64,000 bases of DNA. Origin: Spirochaetota bacterium. Lineage in GTDB: Bacteria; Spirochaetota; JAGLSM01; JAKPMW01. The stretch is from the NCBI GenBank assembly GCA_031283155.1, contig JAITCI010000020.1:27414-91413 (forward strand). The letters run 5' to 3'. Below are positions 27,948-38,300 of the stretch, piece after piece. The notes beneath the pieces were generated by a model. It was not told the DNA's origin. It ran no database searches and saw only the letters and a program-made list of their open reading frames with translations. Position numbers and translations under genes: made by a program. Numbering within the stretch: position 1 is the stretch's first letter; the number at the start of each line of letters is the position of its first letter.

Positions 27948-30733
27948 CGCCCTTTACCCGCCAGTCTTTTCTCTGACTCCGCAAAAAGTATCATATCTTC
28001 ATGCCGCCGGAAACTCAAGCACAGCTCCGGATCCGCCCTGCCGCCGAGGTCATACCAGTACCAATCGCCCCGCCGGACGGGTTTGAGCAAGCGGTTGTTC
28101 ATGCTGAGCCTCCAGGGGGTTTGATCTGTACGCACCCCGAAAGCGTTCCCGCCCTTTGGCGCGCGAAAAACTTTTGCTATGGTTATGCCATCCTCAGGGA
28201 AGCCGGAGTCCAGTCTCTCCAGTTCGGACGCATCGCCAATATTCAGAATATTCTGCCGCGAGCCGCCTGCCGAAAGGGTATACCAGAGTGTATCAAAAAT
28301 AAAGTCCCTTGGCGTAACCGGCTCGCAATCCGCGCGGTAAAGCGTATCTGCCTGTTTTGCCGTAACCAGCAGCTGTACCTGGGGTAAATCCGTAACCAGA
28401 TTGATCGCGAGAGCGACCGCGCTCTCCGGCGCGATACGATACGGAACCTCGCCGCTCAGAACGGAGACCGCGCCCTGAACAGACATGATCTCCAGGAACT
28501 GCCGGCTGCGGTTATGTATGATAAAGCGTCCATTTAACGGAGAATGTATAATCGCATACGTGATGAGCGGATGCGGATGCGAAAGCAGAAAAGGTTCGCT
28601 CCATTTTTTTTCCTGCCCGCCGCGCGCGACCCGGTGCGTCAGCGCGGCATATTCCGCCGCGCCGGATCCGGTCTCGGGCGCATACAGCGTCATCTCGCGG
28701 CTGCCCGCCGCTGAAGAAACCGCTCGCCAGGATGCCGGCAGCGCGTCCAGTTCCGTCCCCTCGGGCAAGGAAAGACTGAACGTAAATTCGGACGAAACGC
28801 GCGCCTGCGGCCATATTCCCTGCCGCGCAAGCGCCATGGCTATGATAATGGCGTCCGTCTGATCCAAACGCAGAGTGGTTAAGAGCCGTTCGAGCGGCGC
28901 CGAAAGCGCAAAACGCTCCAGTTCCGCGCGCAGCTTATCGCTATCCAGCATGAGCGACGCCATGAACGCCTCGTCACGCTCCCTGGGCGCGTCCAGTTTG
29001 TCGCGGATGCGCGACCGGAGTTCGCGGAACAGAAAAGAGGCTGCCGCGTCCTTTGATGTATGGCGCAGCTCAAGCAGAGTCCGGTAGAGGCGCTCCAGGC
29101 GATAATCCGAATACGCATTCTCTTCGTCCAGACAGCCATATAACGCCCCTTCGCCAAGCACAATAAGCCGGAGCGCCATCGCCTCGGGCGGAGCAAGCGC
29201 CGCGAGGCTCTCCGCGCACCCGGGAAGCGCATTCCCTAAGTATTCGCGATCCAGATTACGCGCCGCAGCGCAGAGCAAATACGCCTGATCGCGGGCGGGG
29301 AGAAAGCGCGCAAGCGGCCGCATGATCTGGTACTGCTTTGTGATGCGCGCGTCGTGGTCATAGAGGAAAGTGAAAACCCGGGCGTCGGGCATTCCAAAAG
29401 CGTCGGTCCAGCCAAGCGCTTCTTCCGAGTACAGCGCGTCGCCATATTCGCGAAAAGCCGCCGCATACTTCTCCATGCGGGACGCGCTTGTCTCATCGCG
29501 GGAGAGCCGGAGGAGTAAAGCCGCGTCATTTGCCGCCGCTGCGTACACAACCGCCTCGGCCGGACTCGCGGAGGCACCTTCCTGCAATACACGCCCCGCT
29601 ATTGCGTCGAGCGCCAAACGCGCGATCTCCAGATCACCCGCAAGTTTCCCGCTTGTTATGGTGAGCCGCGAAGCGAGAGAGGCATAGCGCGCCAGAGCCA
29701 TGCGGTTGTCCGGATCCTCGGCAAGGCGTCCAAAATTACGTTTCTCCTTCGCGAGCATGGAACTTGCCCTCGCAATAAAAAACAAAGCGGCGGAATCGCG
29801 TCCGCAAACGCGCATCGCCTCGGCGGAGTCGAGCAATACCGAAATGTCCCCGGGGATGAGCGCTTCATGATGCCGCATGATATCGAGGGAGAAAAGCGCG
29901 CGCATGAACGAGGATTGCATGGAGGGTACCGCATATTCGGGCATTCGGCTTTCGCCGAGCCAATCCCGCCAGAGGGTTCTGCGTTTCTCCCGTAATGGCG
30001 TATCCAGAGCCGCAAGGCGCATCCATTCCGCGCATTTTTTTTGGGCGGCGGAGACCCCCGAACCCAGCGCAAGCACAAAGGCCAGGGTTGTTTGCGCATT
30101 GGTCTCCAGCGTGATCTCCGCAGTGAGCGAAAAATACCCCTGATCGCGCGCGGGCAAAGCATACGCGGACGCTCCCGCAAGCGCGGACGTATACCTAAGC
30201 GGGTGCGCGCTTGCCGCTCCGAACGCAAGCGCCTGATCATCAACCAGCATCGCAAGCTGCGCGTCCTCAGCCTTCCAGAAAGCGAGCCGCTTTGCGGAAC
30301 CCGTACTCATGGCGAGTCCCGAATGAAAAGACTGCGCGCAGGCCGAGACATTCGAAAGTGTTATTTGCCAGACGTACACCCCATCCGTATACGAGCAGAA
30401 AGCCGCCGAAACGTCAATGGCTTCCGTATGCGTAAACCGAAAATATTCCGCTCCCTCGCGAAATTCAAAATCCGCCTTCGTATTCTGCTCCGCGCGATCC
30501 TCAGTAACGGTACGCATCGGGATGGACGCTCCATCCTGCTGAATGATGATCGGCGCTATGCAGTCAAAGAGCGGATTTTTATTTTTCGCGGTGTAGAGTT
30601 CCAGCACAAGCCCGGCATCGTCCCCGGACGTGCCAAATACCGCAGCGCTTGCCGCGTCGCCCAGATACGCGCGCGTACCGGACAGAAGGAAAGGAAAAAA
30701 AAGAAACGCAAGGCAGAGGAGCGATCGGCACAT
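27944..30733 (-). CDS. large hypothetical secreted protein (~930 aa)
   Basis: A signal-peptide-like segment after an internal Met (MCRSLLCLAFLFFPFLLSG). Long protein-like ORF, translationally coupled to rnhA. Confidence 0.5.
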   Translation of the reverse strand: MCRSLLCLAFLFFPFLLSGTRAYLGDAASAAVFGTSGDDAGLVLELYTAKNKNPLFDCIAPIIIQQDGASIPMRTVTEDRAEQNTKADFEFREGAEYFRFTHTEAIDVSAAFCSYTDGVYVWQITLSNVSACAQSFHSGLAMSTGSAKRLAFWKAEDAQLAMLVDDQALAFGAASAHPLRYTSALAGASAYALPARDQGYFSLTAEITLETNAQTTLAFVLALGSGVSAAQKKCAEWMRLAALDTPLREKRRTLWRDWLGESRMPEYAVPSMQSSFMRALFSLDIMRHHEALIPGDISVLLDSAEAMRVCGRDSAALFFIARASSMLAKEKRNFGRLAEDPDNRMALARYASLASRLTITSGKLAGDLEIARLALDAIAGRVLQEGASASPAEAVVYAAAANDAALLLRLSRDETSASRMEKYAAAFREYGDALYSEEALGWTDAFGMPDARVFTFLYDHDARITKQYQIMRPLARFLPARDQAYLLCAAARNLDREYLGNALPGCAESLAALAPPEAMALRLIVLGEGALYGCLDEENAYSDYRLERLYRTLLELRHTSKDAAASFLFRELRSRIRDKLDAPRERDEAFMASLMLDSDKLRAELERFALSAPLERLLTTLRLDQTDAIIIAMALARQGIWPQARVSSEFTFSLSLPEGTELDALPASWRAVSSAAGSREMTLYAPETGSGAAEYAALTHRVARGGQEKKWSEPFLLSHPHPLITYAIIHSPLNGRFIIHNRSRQFLEIMSVQGAVSVLSGEVPYRIAPESAVALAINLVTDLPQVQLLVTAKQADTLYRADCEPVTPRDFIFDTLWYTLSAGGSRQNILNIGDASELERLDSGFPEDGITIAKVFRAPKGGNAFGVRTDQTPWRLSMNNRLLKPVRRGDWYWYDLGGRADPELCLSFRRHEDMILFAESEKRLAGKGR

Positions 30734-30846
30734 ACATAAAGAGTAACACCTAAGCCGCGCGGGAGACATGAAGGAAATTCATTCCTTAGGCGCGCTGATT
30801 CCGTACCTTTTTGGCAGGTTCCGATTCTGAAAAACAAGGGGAAACC

Positions 30847-31356
30847 ATGAAAACAATCTGCGCTTTCATTTTGGGTATTCTGCTCATGCTTCCCGGCTGC
30901 GGTGCCAAAAAACCCGTCATATCCGGCACAATCCTGCCGGAGAGTGACGATCCGAAAATCATCGCGGAACAGTATCAGGAAAGTTTCGCAAAATGGCAGC
31001 GCAAAAATATCCGGGCATATACCATGGTATTCCGGTACGGCGCTTTTTCCCCTTTCGCGGGAATATGGGAAATCGATGTTGCCGACAGGCAAACAAAGCG
31101 GCGCGTATTTGAGGGCTCGGCGGTCGGCGAAGAAACGCAAATGATGGCGAATCTCAATATGGAGCGTCTTTATAATCTCGCCGCTCCCGCGACAAACGCC
31201 AAACCCGAGGGTCCCTTTATTATCCAGGCGCGCTTTTTCCAGGATGGCGGCGTTGCGTTGGTGCGCCGTGTAGTCAATCCCGCAGCCGCAGGTTCCGGCC
31301 CGAGGGACGCAAACTGGTCGTATGAGGTGCGCGAGGTACGCTCGCTCTCCAGGTAA
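30847..31356 (+). CDS. hypothetical lipoprotein
   Basis: Lipobox LMLPGCGA. AAGGGG RBS before the ATG at 30847. Confidence 0.5.
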   Translation: MKTICAFILGILLMLPGCGAKKPVISGTILPESDDPKIIAEQYQESFAKWQRKNIRAYTMVFRYGAFSPFAGIWEIDVADRQTKRRVFEGSAVGEETQMMANLNMERLYNLAAPATNAKPEGPFIIQARFFQDGGVALVRRVVNPAAAGSGPRDANWSYEVREVRSLSR

Positions 31357-31360
31357 CATA

Positions 31361-31867
31361 ATGGCACGAAACAAACAGGTTCTCGTGATCGGCGACAGCG
31401 CCGACTATCCCGAGCGAAACGCGATAGCATACACAATGGGGCGTTTCATTGCCGCAAACGGATGGGTACTCGTAAGCGGCGGCCGCGGCGGGGTAATGCA
31501 GGCCGCCTCCCGGGGAGCAAGCGAGGGCGGAGGAATCGCGCTTGCAATCCTTCCCTCGGACAGCATGGACGAAGCAAATCCATTCGCCGCCATTATCATT
31601 CCGACCGGGATCGGTTTTGCGCGGAATTACATTAACGTGCTTGCGGCCGACGTTGTGGTTGCGATAGGCGGCGGAACCGGCACACTCTGCGAGATCGCCT
31701 ACGCATGGCAGGCCGGTAAACCCATAATCGCCTGCAGCATGAGCGGCGGGTGGGCTGAGGAACTCGCCGGACGTACCCTCGATTACCGTCGCGATGACGC
31801 CATTATCAGTGCCGCGACCATTGAGGAAGCGCAAGAACAGCTTGCGGCGATACTGAAGACAGAGTAA
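31361..31867 (+). CDS. TIGR00725 / LOG-family Rossmann-fold nucleotide-binding protein
   Basis: SGGRGGVMQAASRGA and GGGTGTLCE motifs typical of LOG/YgdH-like proteins. Confidence 0.6.
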   Translation: MARNKQVLVIGDSADYPERNAIAYTMGRFIAANGWVLVSGGRGGVMQAASRGASEGGGIALAILPSDSMDEANPFAAIIIPTGIGFARNYINVLAADVVVAIGGGTGTLCEIAYAWQAGKPIIACSMSGGWAEELAGRTLDYRRDDAIISAATIEEAQEQLAAILKTE

Positions 31868-31913
31868 ACGTATATAATCCATAGAAAAATGGCGCCGCGC
31901 AAGGAGATGATAT

Positions 31914-32294
31914 ATGCACGAGTCGGCGGAGATGTATCTCGAAACAATCCATGTTTTAAGCCTCAAGGGGATCAAGGTTCGGTCGATTGACATCGTGAAC
32001 GAACTGGAATACAGCAAGCCCAGCGTCAGTGTCGCCATGAAAAACCTCCGAACCCAGGGCTGCGTCGCGGTGGACGACGACGGTGCCATAACCCTGACCG
32101 CGAAGGGGCGCAAGATAGCGGAAACCATGTACGAGCGGCACGTCGCGATCTCCGACTGGCTCATTTTTCTGGGCGTAGATAAAAAAACAGCGGTGCATGA
32201 CGCCTGTAAAATGGAACACGCCATGAGCGAAAAGAGCTTTATGGCGATAAAAAAGCACATTGAAAACCTGAAACGCCCGGGACCGGGAGAGTAA
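31914..32294 (+). CDS. DtxR/MntR-family metal-dependent transcriptional regulator
   Basis: N-terminal winged-HTH (SAEMYLETIHVL ... SVSVAMKNL) and metal-binding/dimerisation region. ~125 aa. Confidence 0.75.
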   Translation: MHESAEMYLETIHVLSLKGIKVRSIDIVNELEYSKPSVSVAMKNLRTQGCVAVDDDGAITLTAKGRKIAETMYERHVAISDWLIFLGVDKKTAVHDACKMEHAMSEKSFMAIKKHIENLKRPGPGE

Positions 32295-32518
32295 AGAATA
32301 CGCCGCAGCGTCCGAAAAATGCGTCTATAATTTGTTGCTTCATGGGCAGTTTTGTGCTACCATGTCCGGTTAATAAGCCGACAAGATCGTTTCATAGAGC
32401 TAACCGCTCCGGGGCAGAAAACAGCCCGGCGGCGGGCGAATGACTTTTTGAAACGAATACGCTTAAAAACCGGAAACAAAGACTCAACCGCACCAACAAA
32501 AAGGGGGAATAGAAGCAC

Positions 32519-34513
32519 ATGAAAAATGCTCGGTCGTTTGCTGCGCTTGTTCACGCAAGGAAGTGCGTTGTATCCACAGTCATAATTTTGCTGATGGCGG
32601 CTTTTGTTACCGTGCCGCTGCCTGCCCAATCTGAGGCGGAAGTATCCATAATATTCATGCACGATATGCACTCGCACCTCGACGCCGAGCGTTTTATTGA
32701 CGCGAACGGCAAGGTCGGGATGCGCGGCGGTTTCGCGTATATGAAAACCGCTATCGACAATATCAAAAAGCGCTACCCGAATTCCTTCCTGCTGGACGCC
32801 GGTGATTTTGCGATGGGTACGCCGTATCAAACCATTTTCTCCGCCGAGGCCGCCGAATTGCGCCTGATGGGGCAGATTGGTTTTGAGGCGACCACCCTGG
32901 GCAACCACGAATTTGACTACCGCACCCAGGGCTTGACCGAGATGTTCAATACCGTCATAAAGAGCGGCGATCGTCTCACCCCCATGCTCTGCGCCAACAT
33001 AGACTGGGACAGAACACTGGCGGATCCCAAACGGGTCGAGAAGGCCACAGCGCTGAAAGAAACCATGGAACGCTATGGCGCAAAGGACTACATGATTATA
33101 GAAAAGGGCGGCGTGAAAGCGGCGCTATTCGGCATTCTGGGCATACAGGCCGACAGTTACGCGCCGCTCAGCGGACTCTATTTCATCAATCCCATTAAGG
33201 CCTCCAAAGCGGTCGTCGCCAAAATCAAAAAAGAGACCGACGCCGACATGATCATCTGCCTCTCGCACAGCGGCACCTTCGACAATCCCGCCGAATCCGA
33301 GGACGAACTTTTGGCGAAAGCCGTGCCGGAGATCGATTTTATTATCAGCGGACATACGCACACCCGGCTTGCTAATCCCATCATCATCGGCAAAACCGCG
33401 ATTGGCTCCTGCGGCTCCTACACCTACGACGTAGGGCATATTAAATTTGTCCGCGACGGCAGCCGCTATAAGGTTTCAGGCTATGAGCTCTTCCCTGTCA
33501 CTGATGCATTGGCAAAAGATCCCGCCGTAGACGCCGCCGTGTTAAAGTACCGCGATCTGGTCAACAAACTTTATTTCTCCCACTTCGGCTACAGATACGA
33601 TCAGCGGCTGGCAAGCTCCAGTTTCAGCTTCGAGGGTGTGGATACCTTCGGGTTGGTGCAGGGCGAAGAGCCATTGGGTAATCTGATAACGGACGCCTAC
33701 ATAGCCGCCGTTAAGAAAGCCGAAGGGGATAACTACCGCAAGGTAGATGTGTCGGTGGCACCCTTCGGCGCTATCCGGGGTTCGTTCACCGAGGGCGTGA
33801 TCACCGTGGCCGACGCCTTTAACCTGAGCAGCCTGGGCATAGGGCCGGACAGGGTACCCGGCTATCCGCTTGTGAGCGTGTATCTGACCGGCAAAGAACT
33901 GAAAACCGCAGCGGAAGTCGATATTTCCGTCTCCACGCTGATGATCGAGGCGCGGCTCTATATGTCGGGCATCACCTATACCTACAACCCCAACAGGCTG
34001 CTGCTGAACAGGGTAACGGATGTGCGCTTTATGGATCCCGACGGCACGACCTCCGAAATTGACGACAACAAGCTCTACCGCGTCATTGCCGGATTGTATT
34101 CCTGCCAGATGCTGGGCGCGGTGGAAGCGCACTCCTCCGGACTTCTGGCAATTACACCCAAGGACGAGAACGGCAATCCCATAGCGGATTTCGAACAGCA
34201 TCTTGTCTATGACGGCGGCGTTGAACTCAAGGAATGGGTTGCGGTCGCAAAATATCTTGAGTCGTTCCCCAAAGTGGATGGTCTGCCCCAAATACCCGAA
34301 TCCTACAGCCAATTACAGGGACGCAAGGTCGAGGACAACAGCAAATCCCTCGGCGCGCTTCTGAAAAAACCGAATAAGATCTTCTTCATGCTTGTCGGCG
34401 GCATCCTGCTGATCCTGATTATCCTCGCTGCCATTGTATATGTCGTTATCCGCATTATACGCAAAAGAGGCAAAGCCGCGCCTGCGGCAAAACCTGCCGT
34501 CAGCCGCAAATGA
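32519..34513 (+). CDS. bifunctional metallophosphatase / 5'-nucleotidase (UshA family) with a C-terminal membrane anchor
   Basis: Signal peptide. Metallophosphatase motifs (HDMHSHLD, GNHEFD, GHTH) and 5'-nucleotidase C-terminal domain features. C-terminal TM helix followed by a basic tail. Confidence 0.8.
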   Translation: MKNARSFAALVHARKCVVSTVIILLMAAFVTVPLPAQSEAEVSIIFMHDMHSHLDAERFIDANGKVGMRGGFAYMKTAIDNIKKRYPNSFLLDAGDFAMGTPYQTIFSAEAAELRLMGQIGFEATTLGNHEFDYRTQGLTEMFNTVIKSGDRLTPMLCANIDWDRTLADPKRVEKATALKETMERYGAKDYMIIEKGGVKAALFGILGIQADSYAPLSGLYFINPIKASKAVVAKIKKETDADMIICLSHSGTFDNPAESEDELLAKAVPEIDFIISGHTHTRLANPIIIGKTAIGSCGSYTYDVGHIKFVRDGSRYKVSGYELFPVTDALAKDPAVDAAVLKYRDLVNKLYFSHFGYRYDQRLASSSFSFEGVDTFGLVQGEEPLGNLITDAYIAAVKKAEGDNYRKVDVSVAPFGAIRGSFTEGVITVADAFNLSSLGIGPDRVPGYPLVSVYLTGKELKTAAEVDISVSTLMIEARLYMSGITYTYNPNRLLLNRVTDVRFMDPDGTTSEIDDNKLYRVIAGLYSCQMLGAVEAHSSGLLAITPKDENGNPIADFEQHLVYDGGVELKEWVAVAKYLESFPKVDGLPQIPESYSQLQGRKVEDNSKSLGALLKKPNKIFFMLVGGILLILIILAAIVYVVIRIIRKRGKAAPAAKPAVSRK

Positions 34514-34534
34514 GATAACGAAATTACAGATTTT

Positions 34535-34566
34535 AAAAAAGCCCGGCAAAAGCCGGGCTTTTTTTG
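34535..34566. terminator. bidirectional rho-independent terminator
   Basis: GCCCGGC-aaaa-GCCGGGC hairpin flanked by an A-run upstream and a T-run downstream, between convergent genes. Confidence 0.65.
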
Positions 34567-34592
34567 CGCAGGCAGTATCCGGTGATCGTCTT

Positions 34593-37073
34593 TCAACCCA
34601 ATTCCTCATCCTGACTGACGCCGCGTACTCGCTTCACGCGTCGCCTCCATCCTGGTACGCGCAATAAAATCGCATTCGTAATCACCGTAACCGAGGAGAG
34701 CGACATCACGAGACCGGCGATCATCGGATCAAGCATCGGCCCGCCAAATGGAACCAAAGCGCCCGCCGCTATCGGTATACAAAGCGCATTATAGGCGAAT
34801 GCCCAGAAAAGATTCTGCCGAATCTTGCGAAACACGCGCCGCGCAAAAAGCATAAATCGCGCGAGAGAGGCGATATCGCCCTGCGCCGCATCCGGCTTCG
34901 CGCCCCGCGACTCGCGGTTCGCTTTGCGCGACAAAAAAACGTCGCCGCTTGCGCGCGCGAGATCAGTGGCAAGACCGGGCGCGACGCCAACATCGGCCTG
35001 CGCGAGCGCGGGACCATCGTTCATGCCATCGCCCATCATCACAACGATATGCCCGTCGGATCGCAAATCGCGCACGAAATCGTGTTTGGCCTGCGGAGAC
35101 ATACCTCCATAATATTCGTTTATCCCAAGTGCGGCAGCCGCGCAACTGACCGCCTCTGCGCTATCGCCGCTCGCGATGATCGTTTGAATACAGCGCGGTG
35201 AAAACCCGCGATTTTTGACCTTGAGTCCCTGCAATAAGCGTACAACCTCCCGCGCGCGCGGGCAGATCGGGTCAAATATAGTAAAATAAAAATAGTAGAA
35301 CAAATTTTCCTGCGCGTTTTCCAGCGCTTTTTCGCGAACTTTTTCCCGCTCTTTTTCGGCGTCATCTTCTACCGCACCCGCAGCCTCAAATACGCCATGC
35401 ACCACACTCGGCACACCGCCCGCCGCAAACTCTGTAGCGCGCCCTTGTAACCCGGCTGACGGGCTATAGCCAAACCGCTTCAGCAGCGCCTCGTTGCCGA
35501 GAAGAAGCCGCCCTTCCGCAAAATTGCCCGCAATGCCCTCGCCCGCATAGACCTCAACGCTGTCCGGCGGCGCGTGACGCGCTCCTCTCTCCTCGGCGTA
35601 TACGATGATCGCGCCTGCGAGCGGATGCTCCGAGCAGCGCTCGAGCGCGGCGGAAAGCGCGAGCATATCCTGCGCGATCTCAGGCGCGCCCCGCGCCTGC
35701 ACGACTGAAAACTCCTGCACCCGCGGCCGCCCCTCGGTTAAGGTTCCCGTTTTATCGAAGACGAGCGTATCCGCGCGCGCCGCGCGTTCCCATGCGGCGG
35801 CGTCCCGCACAAGAATACCGTGCCGCGCGCCCAAACCCGCCGCCACGCTGACCGCCGTCGGCACCGCGAGACCAAGCGCGCAGGGACACGAGATAACCAA
35901 AACAGAAACCAGCACACCTACCGCAAAGGAGAGTTCCGCGCCGGCAAACAGCCAAACAATGGCCGCCGCAAATGCGATAGACAAAACAACCGGCACAAAA
36001 ATAAGTGCAATCCGATCAGCCAGAGCCTGCATGGGCGCTTTCGTGGTCTGCGCCTCATGCACGAGGCGCGCGATCCCCGCGAGTACGGTCGCCTGCCCGC
36101 TTGCCGTCACGCGAAAGCAAAGATGCCCATGCCCGTTCACGCAGCCGCCGATCAGCGCGTCGCCCTCTTGTTTCAGAACAGGAACGCTCTCTCCCGTTAA
36201 AAGTGATTCATCAAGCTGACTCTTTCCCGACACAACCACGCCGTCCGCCGGGACGCGCTCTCCGGGGCGAAGGATCACGATATCCCCGGGTAAGAGTGTA
36301 CTCGCGGGGATCCGACGCTCTGCGCCGTCGGCGGCTTCGACGCTTACCTCGCCCGTTTCGCGAAGGCTGAGCGCGGCCAGATCGCGCGCCGCTCTTTTTT
36401 TCGCGCCCGCCTCGAGCCGCCGCCCTATGAGAATGAAAAAGAGGAGCCCCGCCGCCGACTCAAAATAAAGCGCGGGTGCCGCATGGTGCGCATCGTGGAT
36501 CATAAGCTGCGCGTCATACGCAAACCAAATCGTACACGCGCTCGCGAGGCTATAGCCCACCGCCGCAAGCGCGCCGAGGCTCACCAGGGTATCCATATTG
36601 GCGCGCTTATAAAACAAAACGCCGGGGAATCCAAAGCGGAAAATGTCGCGCGCCGCGCAAAGAACGGGAATCGTCATTGCAAATTGTATAAGGGCGTCCA
36701 GCCAGTGCGGAAAAAGAAAGAGCGCGGCAAAATGGCTGAGCATCGCGTACGCGATCAACGGAAGAGCAAAAATTCCTGCCATGATAAGCTGCCCACGCGC
36801 GCGCTTTTCCCTTTTGGCGGCAAGCGCGCTGGCCTGCTCCGCCGCCGCAGGATCCTGCGCGCACTCTTCCGCGCCATAGCCCATGGCGCGCACGGCTTCC
36901 AGCACGGGGGCGGGATCGGCACCCTCCTCCATGCGTATAAACGCCCTGCCCTCCATCAGGCTCACCGCCGCGCGTTCCACCCCCGCAGCGCCCGCAAGCG
37001 CCGCTTCCACGCGCATCGCGCACGAAGCGCAGTGCATACCTTCTATAATGAGCGTTTTTGCGGCAAGCGCCAT
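34593..37073 (-). CDS. copA: copper-translocating P1B-type ATPase
   Basis: N-terminal HMA domain (GMHCASCAMRVE), CPC motif (SCPCALGLAVP), DKTGTLT phosphorylation site and GDGMNDGPALAQADVG hinge. The start was set at the MALAAKT Met, since the upstream 315 codons of the long ORF are antisense to a real gene. Confidence 0.9.
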   Translation of the reverse strand: MALAAKTLIIEGMHCASCAMRVEAALAGAAGVERAAVSLMEGRAFIRMEEGADPAPVLEAVRAMGYGAEECAQDPAAAEQASALAAKREKRARGQLIMAGIFALPLIAYAMLSHFAALFLFPHWLDALIQFAMTIPVLCAARDIFRFGFPGVLFYKRANMDTLVSLGALAAVGYSLASACTIWFAYDAQLMIHDAHHAAPALYFESAAGLLFFILIGRRLEAGAKKRAARDLAALSLRETGEVSVEAADGAERRIPASTLLPGDIVILRPGERVPADGVVVSGKSQLDESLLTGESVPVLKQEGDALIGGCVNGHGHLCFRVTASGQATVLAGIARLVHEAQTTKAPMQALADRIALIFVPVVLSIAFAAAIVWLFAGAELSFAVGVLVSVLVISCPCALGLAVPTAVSVAAGLGARHGILVRDAAAWERAARADTLVFDKTGTLTEGRPRVQEFSVVQARGAPEIAQDMLALSAALERCSEHPLAGAIIVYAEERGARHAPPDSVEVYAGEGIAGNFAEGRLLLGNEALLKRFGYSPSAGLQGRATEFAAGGVPSVVHGVFEAAGAVEDDAEKEREKVREKALENAQENLFYYFYFTIFDPICPRAREVVRLLQGLKVKNRGFSPRCIQTIIASGDSAEAVSCAAAALGINEYYGGMSPQAKHDFVRDLRSDGHIVVMMGDGMNDGPALAQADVGVAPGLATDLARASGDVFLSRKANRESRGAKPDAAQGDIASLARFMLFARRVFRKIRQNLFWAFAYNALCIPIAAGALVPFGGPMLDPMIAGLVMSLSSVTVITNAILLRVPGWRRRVKRVRGVSQDEELG

Positions 37074-37151
37074 GTTTTCCTCTTCATGCTTGACCGAGGC
37101 TGGATAAAAAATTATTTTTCCGTTTCCACATCGTAATAAGGAAAAATAATC

Positions 37152-38300
37152 ATGCGAAGCACGCTTGTATGTATACCTCTCGCGCTCATTCTTGCGCTCG
37201 CCTCCTGCAACTGCAACAACCAAAAGGAAGCCATGCCGCAGGTCGTTGTTGATATCGCCGTCCGCGACGCGGCGCTTCTTCTTGGAGGCGTCACACCCGC
37301 CACAAATTCCGCCCTCGCCCCATTTGCCGAAAGTAACGAATACAGCAACTGGGCGGCGGGCACGGATTCCGCATGGCAGAGAACCCAGGTCTCCAATCTC
37401 AGCCTCATCGAAGAGTGGCGCAAAGAAAATTTGACGAACGATTATCCCAAAACAGTCTTCTCGCCCTTCAGCGGCCCCGACCTCCTGAACACAATCGCAT
37501 TTTTCCCTCATGGAAATGAGTACATCCTGTTTGGGCTTGAGCCCGCAGGCCGCGTTCCGCATCCCGAAAATCTTGCCCCTGAACAGCTCATGCTCGAACT
37601 GCACCACCTCCGGAACGCGCTCGGCGACATCCTCTCGCGCAACTTCTTCCAAACCCTGCACATGAAGGAACAGGTCAGCGAGGATTCCTGCTCGAGCTTC
37701 GCCGGTATCATCATGTTCTTCCTGACCCGCCTGAATATGGAAGTCGTCTCGGCGCGCAACCTCAGCATTGACACGAACGGCGCATTGATCGACCGCTACG
37801 ATCCTGCCGACGCCGGCCTTGTCCCCGGAGTGGAATTTGTGTTTCGCGCAAACGCTGACGACGCCCAAAATCCGCCTGCGCGGGAACTCAAAACCGTCCG
37901 CTACTTCTCCCTCGACATCTCCGACGACGCGCTTGCCCAAAAAGACAATTTTGAGCGGTACGCGCACACGCTTCCCGATTGCACAACCATCATCAAATCC
38001 GCTTCGTTCCTGATGCACAAGGACTTCTTCTCCCGCATCCGCGCGCTGGTTCTCGACAGAAGCGCATATATTTTGCAGGACGATTCCGGCGTCCCGCTGC
38101 GCTTTTTCCTTAACGATAACTGGAACGTCGATTATTATGGATTTTACGAAAGACCGATCCGGCTTTTCGCGAACTACTTCCAGCGCGACCTTCTCTCCAA
38201 TATGCGCGCGAAATCAAGCGGACGCCTGCCCTTCAGCTACGGCTACGACTACACGCGCGGAGCGTCCAATCTTGTCATGGCAAAAAAACGCCATATATAA
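37152..38300 (+). CDS. hypothetical lipoprotein
   Basis: Signal peptide with lipobox (LALASC). Divergent from copA. Confidence 0.5.
   Translation: MRSTLVCIPLALILALASCNCNNQKEAMPQVVVDIAVRDAALLLGGVTPATNSALAPFAESNEYSNWAAGTDSAWQRTQVSNLSLIEEWRKENLTNDYPKTVFSPFSGPDLLNTIAFFPHGNEYILFGLEPAGRVPHPENLAPEQLMLELHHLRNALGDILSRNFFQTLHMKEQVSEDSCSSFAGIIMFFLTRLNMEVVSARNLSIDTNGALIDRYDPADAGLVPGVEFVFRANADDAQNPPARELKTVRYFSLDISDDALAQKDNFERYAHTLPDCTTIIKSASFLMHKDFFSRIRALVLDRSAYILQDDSGVPLRFFLNDNWNVDYYGFYERPIRLFANYFQRDLLSNMRAKSSGRLPFSYGYDYTRGASNLVMAKKRHI

Noticed and set aside
34593-38018. A 1141-aa ORF suggesting a giant CopA fusion
   Set aside because: The N-terminal ~315 codons are antisense to a bona fide lipoprotein gene (37152-38300) and have low-complexity, GC-driven composition. 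A Met with RBS at 37073 gives a standard 826-aa CopA starting with the HMA domain.
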